NCBI GenBank assembly: GCA_017434885.1
Contig: JAFSGE010000031.1
Coordinates: 52,968-116,967 of the forward strand
Source: Lachnospiraceae bacterium
GTDB taxonomy: Bacteria > Bacillota > Clostridia > Lachnospirales > Lachnospiraceae
Length of the DNA stretch: 64,000 bases
Direction: 5' to 3'
Shown here: positions 7,648 through 17,824 of the stretch, in pieces
Layout: each line of letters starts with the position of its first letter
How positions within the stretch are numbered: position 1 is the stretch's first letter
Notes under the pieces: model-generated
Told to the model about the DNA's origin: nothing
Databases searched by the model: none
What the model saw: the letters and a program-made list of their open reading frames with translations, nothing else
Position numbers and translations under genes: made by a program

Positions 7648-10122
7648 ATGTACAAAACACAAATAGCATGTGCCATATTTATATTATTTATCGGGATACT
7701 TTACTTTTATTCGACTAGTAAAAAGACTAGTTCATCCAAGCGTTTTGTAGCACTTTTGACTTGTTCATTTTTTCAATTAATTTTTGATGTGTTATCTGTA
7801 TATACGGTAAATCATTTGGAAACGGTTTCGCCAATAGTAAATCGTATTATACACATTTTTTATATGGGTTTGTTACAGGTGCTCTTTTATATTGCATATC
7901 GATATTTGGAAACAATAATTGAGGAAGAAATAGGCAGAACGATTAGAAAATATCAGTTTACGCTTACGCCGTTATTGGTTGCGATAGCAGGAACGATTTT
8001 TTTGCCCTTACATTATGTTGAGTCGGAAAGAAGCAATTATTCCTATGGACCGGCAGCGTTTATGACGTACATCGGTGTTGCGATTTACCTTTTCCTGATA
8101 ATACGATTAATGGTGCAATATGGGAAAATGATTCCGAGTAAAAAGAAAAGAGCAATTTATGTTGCACTTCTCAGTGAGATTCCGGTTGCTGTTTATCAGA
8201 TAATAATACCGGATTCGCTAATTACTTGTATTGGGATAGTACTTCTTAATTTGGGTATTTTTATGACAACTGAAAATCCGGATACACTTTTGGCAGAACA
8301 ATTGGAGAAAGAAAAGCAGCGTGCGGATTCTGCCAATGCTGCTAAGACTAATTTTTTAGCTAACATGTCTCACGAAATAAGAACTCCTATTACAGCGGTT
8401 TTGGGTATGAATGAACTTATTCTGAGAGAAACAAAGGATAATGTTATCAAGCAATATGCCAAGGATGTAGAAGGAGCAGCAAAATCTCTTCTGAGTATTA
8501 TCAATGATATTTTGGATATTACCAAAATCGAAGCAGGGAAGCTTAGTGTAATCACTGTAGAGTATGATTTCGGCGCGGTGATAAAGGATGTTGTAAATAT
8601 GATATCCTTTAAATCTAAGGTGAAGAGTCTGGAATTCAAAGTCCAAGTAGATGAGAATATTCCTCGAAAAATGATGGGAGATGACATCCGTTTAAGACAG
8701 ATTTTGGTAAATTTGCTAAATAATGCGGTGAAGTATACCCATGAAGGCGAGGTTATCTTAAAGATTAGTGATATGAAGTCGGATTCCGATAATGTGGCAA
8801 GATTGCATTTTTGCGTAAAAGATACCGGTATTGGGATTAAGGAAGAAGACTTGCAGAAATTATGTGAGCCCTTTGAACGTATAGAAGAAAAAAGGAATCG
8901 GAATATTGAAGGCACCGGACTGGGAATGAGCATTACCAAGCAGCTTTTAAATCTGTTAAACAGCGAACTTAAGGTGTGCAGTGTTTATGGGGAAGGATCG
9001 GAATTTTCTTTTGTACTGGAACAGAGGATTGCAGATGTAACACCTTGTGGTAGATTGGAAGAATATACGGAATCTTCCGATGATGAATATCAGCATGCGT
9101 TCGAAGCACCGGATGCAAAAATACTTGTGGTGGATGATAATGAACTGAACCGAAGGGTAATTACCGGATTGCTAAAGCCTACCCGAATTCAGATTGATGA
9201 GGCAGGAAACGGAAAAGCATGTTTGGAAAAAGTGAAGAATAATGCCTATAATATCATTTTTATGGATCATATGATGCCGGAACTTGACGGAGTAGAAACT
9301 TTCCGTATTATGAAGACAATGGGAGATTTTCCATCAAAGAATACACCGGTGGTGATTCTGACTGCCAATGCATTAGTAGGTGCTAAGGAGAAATATCAGG
9401 AAGAAGGATTTACAGCCTTCTTGCCTAAACCTATTGACTATGAGCAGTTTGAAGATATGATAAAAGATTTGCTGGATGAATCCCTGGTGCATGAGGTGAC
9501 TGCAACAGTAGAGAAAGCAAGCGATGAGAATGTGGAACTGCCTATGATAGAAGGCTTGGATTGGAAATATGCGAGAACGCATTTTAAGGAGACGCACACC
9601 ATGGTGGATGCGGTGCGGTTCTTTGCAGAATCCATTGTTTATGAGGCAAAAACGTTGGAAGAATTATTTGCTGATATAGAGAATGAAGCCGGCAGGAAAA
9701 ATTATTGTACCCAAATACATAGTATGAAAAATTCTGCTTCAACTATCGGCATTATTCCATTGGCCGGATTGGCGAAAATTTTAGAGGATGCTGCAAGAAG
9801 CGGTGAATTAAATGTATTGAAAGTTATGACGTGCGTGTTTTTGGAATATTGGTATTCTTATCAGGAAAAACTGGCTGTATTTTTGCCGTCTGCGGTTAAA
9901 GAGAAAAAAAGGGCTGACGATTGTAAAGCAGAGATTCAGAAATTGTTTCAATTGATAAATGAGGCAGCAGAAGAGATGGATATTGATGCGTTGGATTTAA
10001 TTTGGACACAATTGGCAGAGTATCAGTTTGATAAGGATAAGCAGGATTTGCTGGATAAAGTACATAAAGCTATTATGGGATTCGATGTAGATTATTTACA
10101 GAAAATTTCTTGTGAATGGTAA
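7648..10122 (+). CDS. Hybrid sensor histidine kinase (multi-TM sensor, HisKA, HATPase_c, REC, Hpt)
   Basis: The H-box is 'MSHEIRTPITAVLGM' and the N-box 'LLNNAVKYT'. G-boxes are 'DTGIGI' and 'GTGLGMSI'. The REC has 'ILVVDDNELNR...IFMDHMMPELDG'. The Hpt motif is 'HSMKNSASTIG'. The gene starts 7 nt after the response regulator gene. Confidence 0.9.
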   Translation: MYKTQIACAIFILFIGILYFYSTSKKTSSSKRFVALLTCSFFQLIFDVLSVYTVNHLETVSPIVNRIIHIFYMGLLQVLFYIAYRYLETIIEEEIGRTIRKYQFTLTPLLVAIAGTIFLPLHYVESERSNYSYGPAAFMTYIGVAIYLFLIIRLMVQYGKMIPSKKKRAIYVALLSEIPVAVYQIIIPDSLITCIGIVLLNLGIFMTTENPDTLLAEQLEKEKQRADSANAAKTNFLANMSHEIRTPITAVLGMNELILRETKDNVIKQYAKDVEGAAKSLLSIINDILDITKIEAGKLSVITVEYDFGAVIKDVVNMISFKSKVKSLEFKVQVDENIPRKMMGDDIRLRQILVNLLNNAVKYTHEGEVILKISDMKSDSDNVARLHFCVKDTGIGIKEEDLQKLCEPFERIEEKRNRNIEGTGLGMSITKQLLNLLNSELKVCSVYGEGSEFSFVLEQRIADVTPCGRLEEYTESSDDEYQHAFEAPDAKILVVDDNELNRRVITGLLKPTRIQIDEAGNGKACLEKVKNNAYNIIFMDHMMPELDGVETFRIMKTMGDFPSKNTPVVILTANALVGAKEKYQEEGFTAFLPKPIDYEQFEDMIKDLLDESLVHEVTATVEKASDENVELPMIEGLDWKYARTHFKETHTMVDAVRFFAESIVYEAKTLEELFADIENEAGRKNYCTQIHSMKNSASTIGIIPLAGLAKILEDAARSGELNVLKVMTCVFLEYWYSYQEKLAVFLPSAVKEKKRADDCKAEIQKLFQLINEAAEEMDIDALDLIWTQLAEYQFDKDKQDLLDKVHKAIMGFDVDYLQKISCEW

Positions 10123-10136
10123 GTGAACAGAAAAGG

Positions 10137-10277
10137 ATGATATGTGTGAAGAAGAGAATCGTGGCAGCAGTCTGCGCTGTTATAGCAGTTTTGATGATAG
10201 CTGCAGCGGTATACGTCAATGATTTTTATCATGCGACAGAAGAAGCACTGTTTTGTTTGGAGGAAGCTTATGAGTAG
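10137..10277 (+). pseudogene. 46-codon N-terminal remnant of an alpha/beta-hydrolase-like membrane-anchored protein
   Basis: 'MICVKKRIVAAVCAVIAVLMIAAAVYVNDFYHATEEALFCLEEAYE*' is a signal-anchor followed by a 'YVNDFYHA' motif, as at the N-terminus of many clostridial alpha/beta hydrolases. It stops after 46 codons and overlaps the next gene's start. Confidence 0.3.
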
Positions 10278-11151
10278 ATTAAAAATAGCATTATTACAAA
10301 TTGCACCAACAGGAACTTTGGAGGGTAATCTTCAAAAGGGAATGGACGCCTGTAAGGCGGCGAAAGAGAAAGGCGCAGATATTGCTTTGTTCCCGGAGAT
10401 GTGGAGCAATGGTTACAACATTTATAACCGTGAAGTGAAAGAATGGCAGGCGGAAGCGATTCCGGCAGAGGATGTGTTTGTTAAGTCTTTTGCAAAGTTG
10501 GCGAAAGAACTGAATATGGCAATCGGTATCACATTTCTTGAAAAATTCGAGAATGCGCCGCGTAATACGGTGGTTCTTTTTGACAGATTCGGAAATGAGA
10601 AGTTTATTTATGCAAAGGTGCATACCTGCGATTTTGATGTGGAGCGGAATCTGACACCGGGTGAGGAGTTTTTCGTAACATCGCTGGATACGGCGCAAGG
10701 GGAAATAAAAGTGGGTTCCATGATTTGTTATGACAGGGAGTTCCCCGAAAGTGCACGGATTTTAATGCTAAAGGGAGCAGAACTGATTTTAGTTCCCAAT
10801 GCCTGTCCTATGGAAATCAACCGCCTTGCGCAGCTTAGAGGAAGGGCTTATGAAAATATGGTTGCCATTGCCACCTGCAATTATCCTGCAACAGTGCCGG
10901 ACTGCAATGGTGGTTCCAGTGTGTTTGACGGTGTAGTTTATCTGCCGGAGTTATCCGGTTCCAGAGATACCTGCATTTTGCAGGCAGGAGGAGAAGAGGG
11001 AATCTATGTAGCTGAACTTGATGTGGACCAGCTTCGAAGATATCGTGAAAGTGAAGTGCACGGGAATGCATACAGACGCCCTCACAAATACGGACTTTTA
11101 GTGGACGACAAGGTTACTGCTCCATTTATCAGAGAGGGCGGTCGGCGATAA
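10270..11151 (+). CDS. Carbon-nitrogen hydrolase (nitrilase superfamily) protein
   Basis: The start is moved to the ATG at 10270 (RBS 'ggagga'). 'LFPEMWSNGY' carries the catalytic Glu context, 'YAKVH' the Lys context and 'GSMICYDREFPE' the Cys context. Confidence 0.85.
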   Translation: MSRLKIALLQIAPTGTLEGNLQKGMDACKAAKEKGADIALFPEMWSNGYNIYNREVKEWQAEAIPAEDVFVKSFAKLAKELNMAIGITFLEKFENAPRNTVVLFDRFGNEKFIYAKVHTCDFDVERNLTPGEEFFVTSLDTAQGEIKVGSMICYDREFPESARILMLKGAELILVPNACPMEINRLAQLRGRAYENMVAIATCNYPATVPDCNGGSSVFDGVVYLPELSGSRDTCILQAGGEEGIYVAELDVDQLRRYRESEVHGNAYRRPHKYGLLVDDKVTAPFIREGGRR

Positions 11152-11184
11152 AAGCGAGTTTCCCGTAGCGAAGGGTGCGCAACA

Positions 11185-11487
11185 TTATTTTTGAATTCCT
11201 TTATAGGACACATATTTAATGCCGAGAAAAGATTTCAGACCAAAGGTAACGACATCGTCATATTTCAATCGGAATGGCGGAAGAAGAACTTCACCAGCCT
11301 CTGTAGTGACGGTGCCGTAGCCTTGTTTTTTCTTAAAATATTCAGCTCTTTTTTCATCAATTAACTGGACATGCAGCTCCGTGATTTCGAAGTCGGAATT
11401 GTTGCTGGTCACTTCCTCAACCACAATGGTAGTTCTTTCCTTTTTTTTCATGTATTCCAATAATGCAGGTTCGTACGTAAACTTCAT
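11185..11487 (-). CDS. Hypothetical small protein
   Basis: 100-aa ORF with an RBS 'aaaggag' upstream on the minus strand. I could not assign a family. Confidence 0.55.
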   Translation of the reverse strand: MKFTYEPALLEYMKKKERTTIVVEEVTSNNSDFEITELHVQLIDEKRAEYFKKKQGYGTVTTEAGEVLLPPFRLKYDDVVTFGLKSFLGIKYVSYKGIQK

Positions 11488-11593
11488 AAAGACTCCTTTT
11501 TGCAGATTATGATATTATGATTCTATCATATCATATAAAGGAACGAACAGACAAATTTTCTTCCGATACGTTATGCTGCTGTTAGTGATTAAA

Positions 11594-13525
11594 TCAGTCA
11601 ACGAATGAACTATCAGCGAGTACATTCATGAGAGTAAGCAAATTAAGAACAAATAACGCAAAAGCCGGTTTCGTAAGGCAAAAATTATCAAAAGCTGTTT
11701 TGCTTTTTTGGCTAAGGAAAGCACACAGGAAGAAGGGCAGAACCGGAAGAAAATATCTGCCTTGAATTCCTTCAATGGAGTACGTTGAAGCTGCAAAGTC
11801 TGTCCACTGGATATATAGGCTGGTTGCAATTAAAAGCAACATGCCGGCAGAAAGCAATATCATCCAAATGCTTGCAGTATAATCGGGGAGTCTTCGTAAA
11901 TTTTTTTCATAATAATATATTTTGCAGAACATAAGAGTAATCATAATAATTAGCATACTGTTAATAACAATATTGAGACTGCCTAATTCATATCCAAGCA
12001 TTTCGTAGAGAAATCCTTCACCGAGTTCCCAAAATGTTTTATCGATGATATAGATATAGCGCCCCATGTTATTCAGAATAAACTGTATTTTTTCAGAAGC
12101 ACTACCACCACCTCTGGTATTATTTAAATAACTGCCGGCAATGGCAAGCCAGCCAAATGAGTTCAGAAAGATAAGGAGAGTACCGGCTCCTTTATGAATC
12201 CATTGGGCTTTTTTTGTTTTAAAGCATTCTTTCGGAATGATTACTATCATAAAAGCTGCAATGAAATAAACAACTTTGCATGATGTAGTAAAAAAAATCA
12301 GGAGATACATGATCAATAATTGAAGCTTTGTCATTTGCTTTTTTTGTTCACGCATATATAAACAAAAAGCGAGCATGGTAACAGCAATAGCATAGGTAAT
12401 TGCATCAACAGATAGACTTGCACGTTCCTGTAATGCCATTGGAAGCAGAGAAATAAAAGTTACGATTCCTTTGCCGTAAGGAATATATTTAATGGCAAAA
12501 TATATTAGTGTGGTACATCCTGCTATATTAAAAATGCTACCGGCAAGCACGAGGAGATAGGTGTTGTTGCAAAGTGTATCAGCAATGCGGATGCCTAATA
12601 CCTGAAAAACATATGATATAGGAGAGTACAGTGACATGTTAACGTTATTATGTAAAATAGCATTTGCTGAGTCTATTTCCATATTAAAATATTTGAGCAA
12701 AATAAAAGGAGTATAGGTATTCCATTCATATGGTATTAAATTTTGCGGGATTGGTAAATGACCGTCTGATGGTGTCAGGAAATAGCCATGTGCAATGCCA
12801 AAAGCTCTTACATAATGATTGACTTCATCCGGTACCTGAAAAATCGGTACACAAAATAAGTAGAGAAAACTAAGAAAAAGTGAAGTCGCTAAAAAGAAGT
12901 TTTCCGGTTTGTGCAGGCGAGACATTTTTTTATGATAACAAATGGTATATGCAACACAGGTAATGAATGAAGCAATCAAAAAACACAGCAATTTACGCTC
13001 TGAAGTTGTAAGAATTAAATAGGTAGGGCGTGTCCAAAGCTGATGAGAGGTATCTAAGCGAAACCCAAAGGCACTTTCCGCAGTTTGGGCATTTGAAGTG
13101 ATTAAAATAGAATATTCACTTTCGGAATTTACTTCTATTATATCTTCAAAAGTAAAATCAACGGTGTTTTCGAGGCTACCGACCATTTCGTAGTAATCGG
13201 TTCCCTTCATGGTAAAGTTGGTAATTTCCGTGTTGTTTTCCAAAAGTGAGATTACGGTTTCAATAGTTTCTGAGCATGAATCGGGATATGTGATGCTAAG
13301 AAGCACTGAACGGATTTTATTACCAACCGGTGAAATAGAAACGGATAAAGGGTCGTTAACCGTCACATAGCAATAATTGTCAGAGGGTGCAATATAAGCA
13401 TCAGCAGCGACATAGTCGTTACGAATAATATAGGTAAATGCCCAAATAATAAAAAGAGATATGAAAAGAAGTTTATGTTGTACAAGGAACGTCAATATTT
13501 GTTTTTTAGGTATTTTTTTATTCAT
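11594..13525 (-). CDS. DUF2142-like polytopic membrane protein (GT-C-like putative glycosyltransferase)
   Basis: 643 aa. It has an N-terminal anchor, a ~150-aa extracytoplasmic domain and more than 10 TM helices. The motif 'VPDEVNHYVRAFGIAHGY' is typical of DUF2142. Confidence 0.65.
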   Translation of the reverse strand: MNKKIPKKQILTFLVQHKLLFISLFIIWAFTYIIRNDYVAADAYIAPSDNYCYVTVNDPLSVSISPVGNKIRSVLLSITYPDSCSETIETVISLLENNTEITNFTMKGTDYYEMVGSLENTVDFTFEDIIEVNSESEYSILITSNAQTAESAFGFRLDTSHQLWTRPTYLILTTSERKLLCFLIASFITCVAYTICYHKKMSRLHKPENFFLATSLFLSFLYLFCVPIFQVPDEVNHYVRAFGIAHGYFLTPSDGHLPIPQNLIPYEWNTYTPFILLKYFNMEIDSANAILHNNVNMSLYSPISYVFQVLGIRIADTLCNNTYLLVLAGSIFNIAGCTTLIYFAIKYIPYGKGIVTFISLLPMALQERASLSVDAITYAIAVTMLAFCLYMREQKKQMTKLQLLIMYLLIFFTTSCKVVYFIAAFMIVIIPKECFKTKKAQWIHKGAGTLLIFLNSFGWLAIAGSYLNNTRGGGSASEKIQFILNNMGRYIYIIDKTFWELGEGFLYEMLGYELGSLNIVINSMLIIMITLMFCKIYYYEKNLRRLPDYTASIWMILLSAGMLLLIATSLYIQWTDFAASTYSIEGIQGRYFLPVLPFFLCAFLSQKSKTAFDNFCLTKPAFALFVLNLLTLMNVLADSSFVD

Positions 13526-13666
13526 AAATTTCCCTTTCTATATGTGATAAATTATATAAATTCATAATGCTAAAAAATGTCGTTATAATTATACGATAAT
13601 ACATATTAAAGTGCAACGTTTAATTTAAGTATAATTAACGAAAAAATCAAGTAATAGGAGTAGGGT

Positions 13667-13972
13667 ATGGATGTACTGCAAAAAATCAGTGTGTTGAGAG
13701 AAGAACGGCATTGGACAGAATATCAGCTTGCAGAAAAATCAGGTCTTACACAGTCTACAATTTCATCATGGTATCGCAAAAATATGACACCATCAATTTC
13801 TTCATTAGCAAAAATATGTGATGCATTTGGAATCACAATTTCTCAATTTTTTTTGGATGATTCTAATAAGACGGTCTTGTTAAGTGAAGAACAGCTGGAG
13901 TTAATTGAGGTAGCGGCACGATTGGATAAAGAACAATATTATGCATTATTGCAATTCCTTAAGCTGCTATGA
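13667..13972 (+). CDS. Small XRE-family HTH transcriptional regulator
   Basis: 101 aa with 'LREERHWTEYQLAEKSGLTQSTISSWYRKNMTPS'. It is divergent from the DUF2142 gene. Confidence 0.8.
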   Translation: MDVLQKISVLREERHWTEYQLAEKSGLTQSTISSWYRKNMTPSISSLAKICDAFGITISQFFLDDSNKTVLLSEEQLELIEVAARLDKEQYYALLQFLKLL

Positions 13973-14003
13973 TACAATCAGAATACAAATATGGAGAAAG
14001 AAG

Positions 14004-14047
14004 TACCGCACCTGCATCTGTTGCAAAGCTGCGGTATCTTTTTTTTC
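14004..14047 (+). terminator. Probable rho-independent terminator
   Basis: The stem 'taccgca'/'tgcggta' is followed by 'tctttttttt'. Confidence 0.55.
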
Positions 14048-14192
14048 GGGAATTCTTCGGTACATTTATTACAGGTAAGCGTATACGTTGTTATAGTATA
14101 GTGGGAAAAAACAGTGAAAAATCTATTTTATTATAGTTTTTTGGTGGGATTTCGTGTATCATGGTAAAAGAACGAAAAGAAAGGATTGCGAT

Positions 14193-15245
14193 ATGGAAGA
14201 AAAAAACGGACAACCCCACAAAAGGCGTGTGCGTTATAAGGGGACACATCCCCGTACATACAGTGAAAAATACAAAGAGCATAATCCTGAAAAATATCAG
14301 GATACCATAGAAAAAGTAATCAGTAAGGGAAGTACACCGGCGGGGATGCATATTTCCATCTGTGTAAGGGAGATTCTTGATTTTTTGCAAATAAAGCCGG
14401 GAATGAAAGGATTGGATGCGACGCTTGGCTATGGCGGGCACAGCCGTAAGATGTTGGAGGAGCTGCAGGGAAGTGGTCATTTATACGGACTTGATATTGA
14501 CCCTATAGAAATTGTAAAAACGACGCAGAGACTTCGTGATGCCGGATTTGGAGAAGAAATATTTACTTCTATTCATCAGAATTTTGCTGATATAGACGAT
14601 GCGGCGAAAAAGTATGGTCCTTTTGATTTCCTGTTGGCAGACTTAGGTGTATCTTCCATGCAGATTGATAACCCCGAGAGGGGGTTTTCTTATAAAAATG
14701 AAGGTCCGCTTGACTTGCGTTTGAATCCCCAGGCGGGAATTTCTGCGGCAGAGCGTCTTAAGGAAGTGGCGTCGGATGAGCTTGAATGGATGCTGATTGA
14801 TAATGCTGATGAGCCTTATGCCAAAGAGATTGCAAAGGTAATTATCAGTAAAAGACGTAAAGGACAGAACGCAGAAACAACAACGCAGTTGGCGGGTATG
14901 ATAGAAGAAGCACTTGCTTTTCTGCCGGAAAAGGAGAGAGGGGAAGCGGTAAAGAAGTCCTGTGCGCGTGTATTTCAAGCACTTCGAATTGATGTGAACA
15001 GTGAGTTTGAGGTGTTGGATGCTTTTCTGCAAAAATTGCCGGAAGTGATGAAGCCCGGCGGACGTATTGCGATTTTGACATTTCATTCCGGCGAGGACAG
15101 ACTGGTAAAGAAAGCCTTTAAGGAAATGAAAAAAGCAGGTGTTTACAGTGAGATTGCAGAGGATGTTATCAGACCTTCTGCGCAGGAATGTGCCAGAAAT
15201 CCGAGAGCACGTTCCACCAAGATGCGATGGGCAGTAAAGGCGTGA
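14193..15245 (+). CDS. RsmH/MraW-family SAM-dependent (cytosine-N4) methyltransferase paralog with a basic N-terminal extension
   Basis: 'DATLGYGGHS', 'DLGVSSMQID', 'RGFSY', 'GPLDLRL', 'FQALRIDVNSEF', 'LTFHSGEDR' and 'NPRARSTKMR' match RsmH motifs. The ATG at 14193 is preferred (RBS 'aaagga' 7 nt upstream); the track start is 14154. Confidence 0.8.
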   Translation: MEEKNGQPHKRRVRYKGTHPRTYSEKYKEHNPEKYQDTIEKVISKGSTPAGMHISICVREILDFLQIKPGMKGLDATLGYGGHSRKMLEELQGSGHLYGLDIDPIEIVKTTQRLRDAGFGEEIFTSIHQNFADIDDAAKKYGPFDFLLADLGVSSMQIDNPERGFSYKNEGPLDLRLNPQAGISAAERLKEVASDELEWMLIDNADEPYAKEIAKVIISKRRKGQNAETTTQLAGMIEEALAFLPEKERGEAVKKSCARVFQALRIDVNSEFEVLDAFLQKLPEVMKPGGRIAILTFHSGEDRLVKKAFKEMKKAGVYSEIAEDVIRPSAQECARNPRARSTKMRWAVKA

Positions 15246-15273
15246 AAATAAAAAGAGAGACGAGGAAAACAGA

Positions 15274-15777
15274 ATGGAACTTTGGGATATTTATGACAAA
15301 AACAAGCAAAAAACAGGACGTACCATGAAGAGAAATGACTGGTGTCTTAAGGATGATGAATATCATTTGACGGTACTGGGAGTAATTGTAAGACCGGACG
15401 GTAAATTTCTGATTACACAGCGAGTGATGACAAAGTCATGGGCTCCCGGCTGGTGGGAGGTTTCCGGCGGCGGTGTTATGGCGGGCGAGGAATCGGAGGA
15501 TGCCGTAAAGCGTGAAATTTTGGAAGAGACAGGACTTGATGTAAGCGGATGTGAAGGTGGTTATGTTTTCAGCTATCACAGGGAAAATCCCGGGGAAGGC
15601 GATAACTATTTTGTGGACATTTACCGTTTTGTTATGGATTTCGATGAGAGTGATGTAAAGGTGCAGGAAGCAGAAGCTGCCGGATTTAAGCTGGCAACTG
15701 TCGAGGAAATTAAGGAATTGGCAAAGCAGGGAATTTTCCTGCATTATGACAGCATTAAACAAGTGTTTGAATTGTAA
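15274..15777 (+). CDS. NUDIX hydrolase
   Basis: The Nudix box is 'GGGVMAGEESEDAVKREILEETGL'. Confidence 0.9.
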   Translation: MELWDIYDKNKQKTGRTMKRNDWCLKDDEYHLTVLGVIVRPDGKFLITQRVMTKSWAPGWWEVSGGGVMAGEESEDAVKREILEETGLDVSGCEGGYVFSYHRENPGEGDNYFVDIYRFVMDFDESDVKVQEAEAAGFKLATVEEIKELAKQGIFLHYDSIKQVFEL

Positions 15778-15793
15778 TCACGGAGGACAAGGT

Positions 15794-17722
15794 ATGAAAA
15801 TTCAAAGACAGATTCATCAGAAAGCTTATCGGAGTACAGACGGATTTCTCCGTCATTATCAGCAGCTTGTAAAGGATGTGGTGATTCCTTACCAGTATGC
15901 GGTATTGCAGGATGAAGCAGAGGGTGCAGAGAAAAGTCATGTGATTCAAAATTATATCAATGCGGGAAAGGCACTTGCCGGTGAGGATGTCGGCGACGGA
16001 TTTTACGGCATGGTATTTCAGGATAGTGACCTTGCAAAGTGGATGGAGGCTGTCGCTTACATTCTGGCACAGTTTCCGGACGAAGAACTCGAGAAAACTG
16101 CGGATAAGCTGATTGAAATGATAGAAAAGGCGCAGGATGCAGACGGTTACCTCAATACCTATTTTACCATTAAAGATAAGGAAAAACGTTGGACGAATCT
16201 GACAGAAGGTCATGAACTTTATTGCTCCGGTCATATGATGGAGGCGGCAGTTGCCTATTATGAAAGCACAGGAAAAGACAGGTTGCTTCGTATTATGGAG
16301 CGTAATGCAGAACACATATATGATGAATTTATAGTGAAAAAAAGACCGGGGTATCCGGGACATCCTGAGGTGGAACTTGCACTCCTTAAAATGTACCGTG
16401 CCTGTGGAAATAAAAAGTGTTTGGAGCTTGCCAAGCATTTTATTGATGTGCGCGGTGTGAATCCGTCGTTTTTTGAGCAGGAAGCAGCAGAAAGAGATTG
16501 GACAGTATGGGGAAATAACGGAAGCGAGTACGAGTATGCCCAGAATGAAAAGCCGGTCCGTGATCAAAAAGATGCAAATGGTCACAGTGTCCGTGCGGTG
16601 TATTTGTATACAGGAATGGCAGACCTTGCAAGTGAGACGGAAGATAAAGAGTTATTGGACGCATGCCATGCGCTGTGGGACAGTATTGTGCAGAGAAGAA
16701 TGTATATTACAGGCGGAATCGGTTCTACTGTGGAGGGTGAGGCCTTTACGGTAGATTATGATTTACCCAATGATACTGCCTATGCGGAAACCTGTGCTTC
16801 TATCGGACTGATGTTTTTTGCATCACGTATGCTTGAATGTGAAGTGAAGCGTGAGTATGCAGACATTATGGAACTGGCATTTTATAATACGGTTCTGGCA
16901 GGAATGCAGCTTGACGGAAAACGATTCTTTTATGTGAATCCGTTAGAAGTTCTGCCGGGAATATCAGGGAAAATAAAAACACATCGTCATACCTTGCCTG
17001 CCCGTCCCGGTTGGTATGCCTGTGCCTGTTGCCCGCCTAATGTTGCAAGACTTCTTGCATCTTTTGGAAAGTATGCATATGGAGAAAATGAAGATACTGT
17101 ATTTTGTCATTTGTATGCGGCAGGAAATGTAAAATTTGATAACGGTATGGAAATAGAGTGCAGTACGGGATATCCTTATGAATATCAGATTCATTATCGG
17201 GTAGTGAGAGGCGGTAAAAAGTTTGCGGTCAGAATTCCTGCTTACAGTAAAGAATTTACATTGCTGAAAAACGGAGAAAAAGTCATATATGATTTAAAAG
17301 AAGGATATGCATATTTACCGGAAATGGCAGAAGGAGACGAAATTACTTTACAGCTTGATGATACACCGCATTTTGTGTATGCCTCCACAAAGATTGCGGC
17401 AGACACCGGAAAAACAGCACTTAAAAGAGGCCCGTTGGTATACTGTTTTGAGGGAGTGGACAATGAGAAAGACGTACTTTCTCTGAAACTTCTAAAGAAC
17501 AGCAAAATTGAGATACAGAAATATGAAAAAGATCTTCTTTCCGGTACGGAAAGAATGAGTGTTGCGGCTGTACGGGTGGAAGATTCCGATGAAAGTATAG
17601 CAGGAAGTTCCTACAGCACAGTACTGCCTAAAGAATATCCTTGCACAGCTGTGGCAATTCCCTATTATACATGGGGAAACCGAGGAGAGAATCAGATGCG
17701 TGTCTGGATGAATTTTTGCTAA
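15794..17722 (+). CDS. Glycoside hydrolase family 127 (beta-L-arabinofuranosidase-like, DUF1680)
   Basis: The start is moved to the ATG at 15794 (RBS 'ggagga'). The length, 'HELYCSGHMMEAAVAYY', 'GHPEVELAL' and the Cys-rich 'WYACACCPPNVAR' are characteristic of HypBA1-type GH127. Confidence 0.85.
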   Translation: MKIQRQIHQKAYRSTDGFLRHYQQLVKDVVIPYQYAVLQDEAEGAEKSHVIQNYINAGKALAGEDVGDGFYGMVFQDSDLAKWMEAVAYILAQFPDEELEKTADKLIEMIEKAQDADGYLNTYFTIKDKEKRWTNLTEGHELYCSGHMMEAAVAYYESTGKDRLLRIMERNAEHIYDEFIVKKRPGYPGHPEVELALLKMYRACGNKKCLELAKHFIDVRGVNPSFFEQEAAERDWTVWGNNGSEYEYAQNEKPVRDQKDANGHSVRAVYLYTGMADLASETEDKELLDACHALWDSIVQRRMYITGGIGSTVEGEAFTVDYDLPNDTAYAETCASIGLMFFASRMLECEVKREYADIMELAFYNTVLAGMQLDGKRFFYVNPLEVLPGISGKIKTHRHTLPARPGWYACACCPPNVARLLASFGKYAYGENEDTVFCHLYAAGNVKFDNGMEIECSTGYPYEYQIHYRVVRGGKKFAVRIPAYSKEFTLLKNGEKVIYDLKEGYAYLPEMAEGDEITLQLDDTPHFVYASTKIAADTGKTALKRGPLVYCFEGVDNEKDVLSLKLLKNSKIEIQKYEKDLLSGTERMSVAAVRVEDSDESIAGSSYSTVLPKEYPCTAVAIPYYTWGNRGENQMRVWMNFC

Positions 17723-17824
17723 AAAATTCATCAAAGTTTTCTGGTGAACAGAGTGGAAAGTGGTATATTAATTTGTTATAATCATCGTTAAAGTATTTGA
17801 TTACACTGAAAAGAGGGAAAAACA

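Noticed and set aside
15755-16585. 276-aa minus-strand ORF
   Set aside because: It lies wholly antisense to the GH127 gene, and its Cys/Phe/Ile-rich composition is typical of a shadow ORF.
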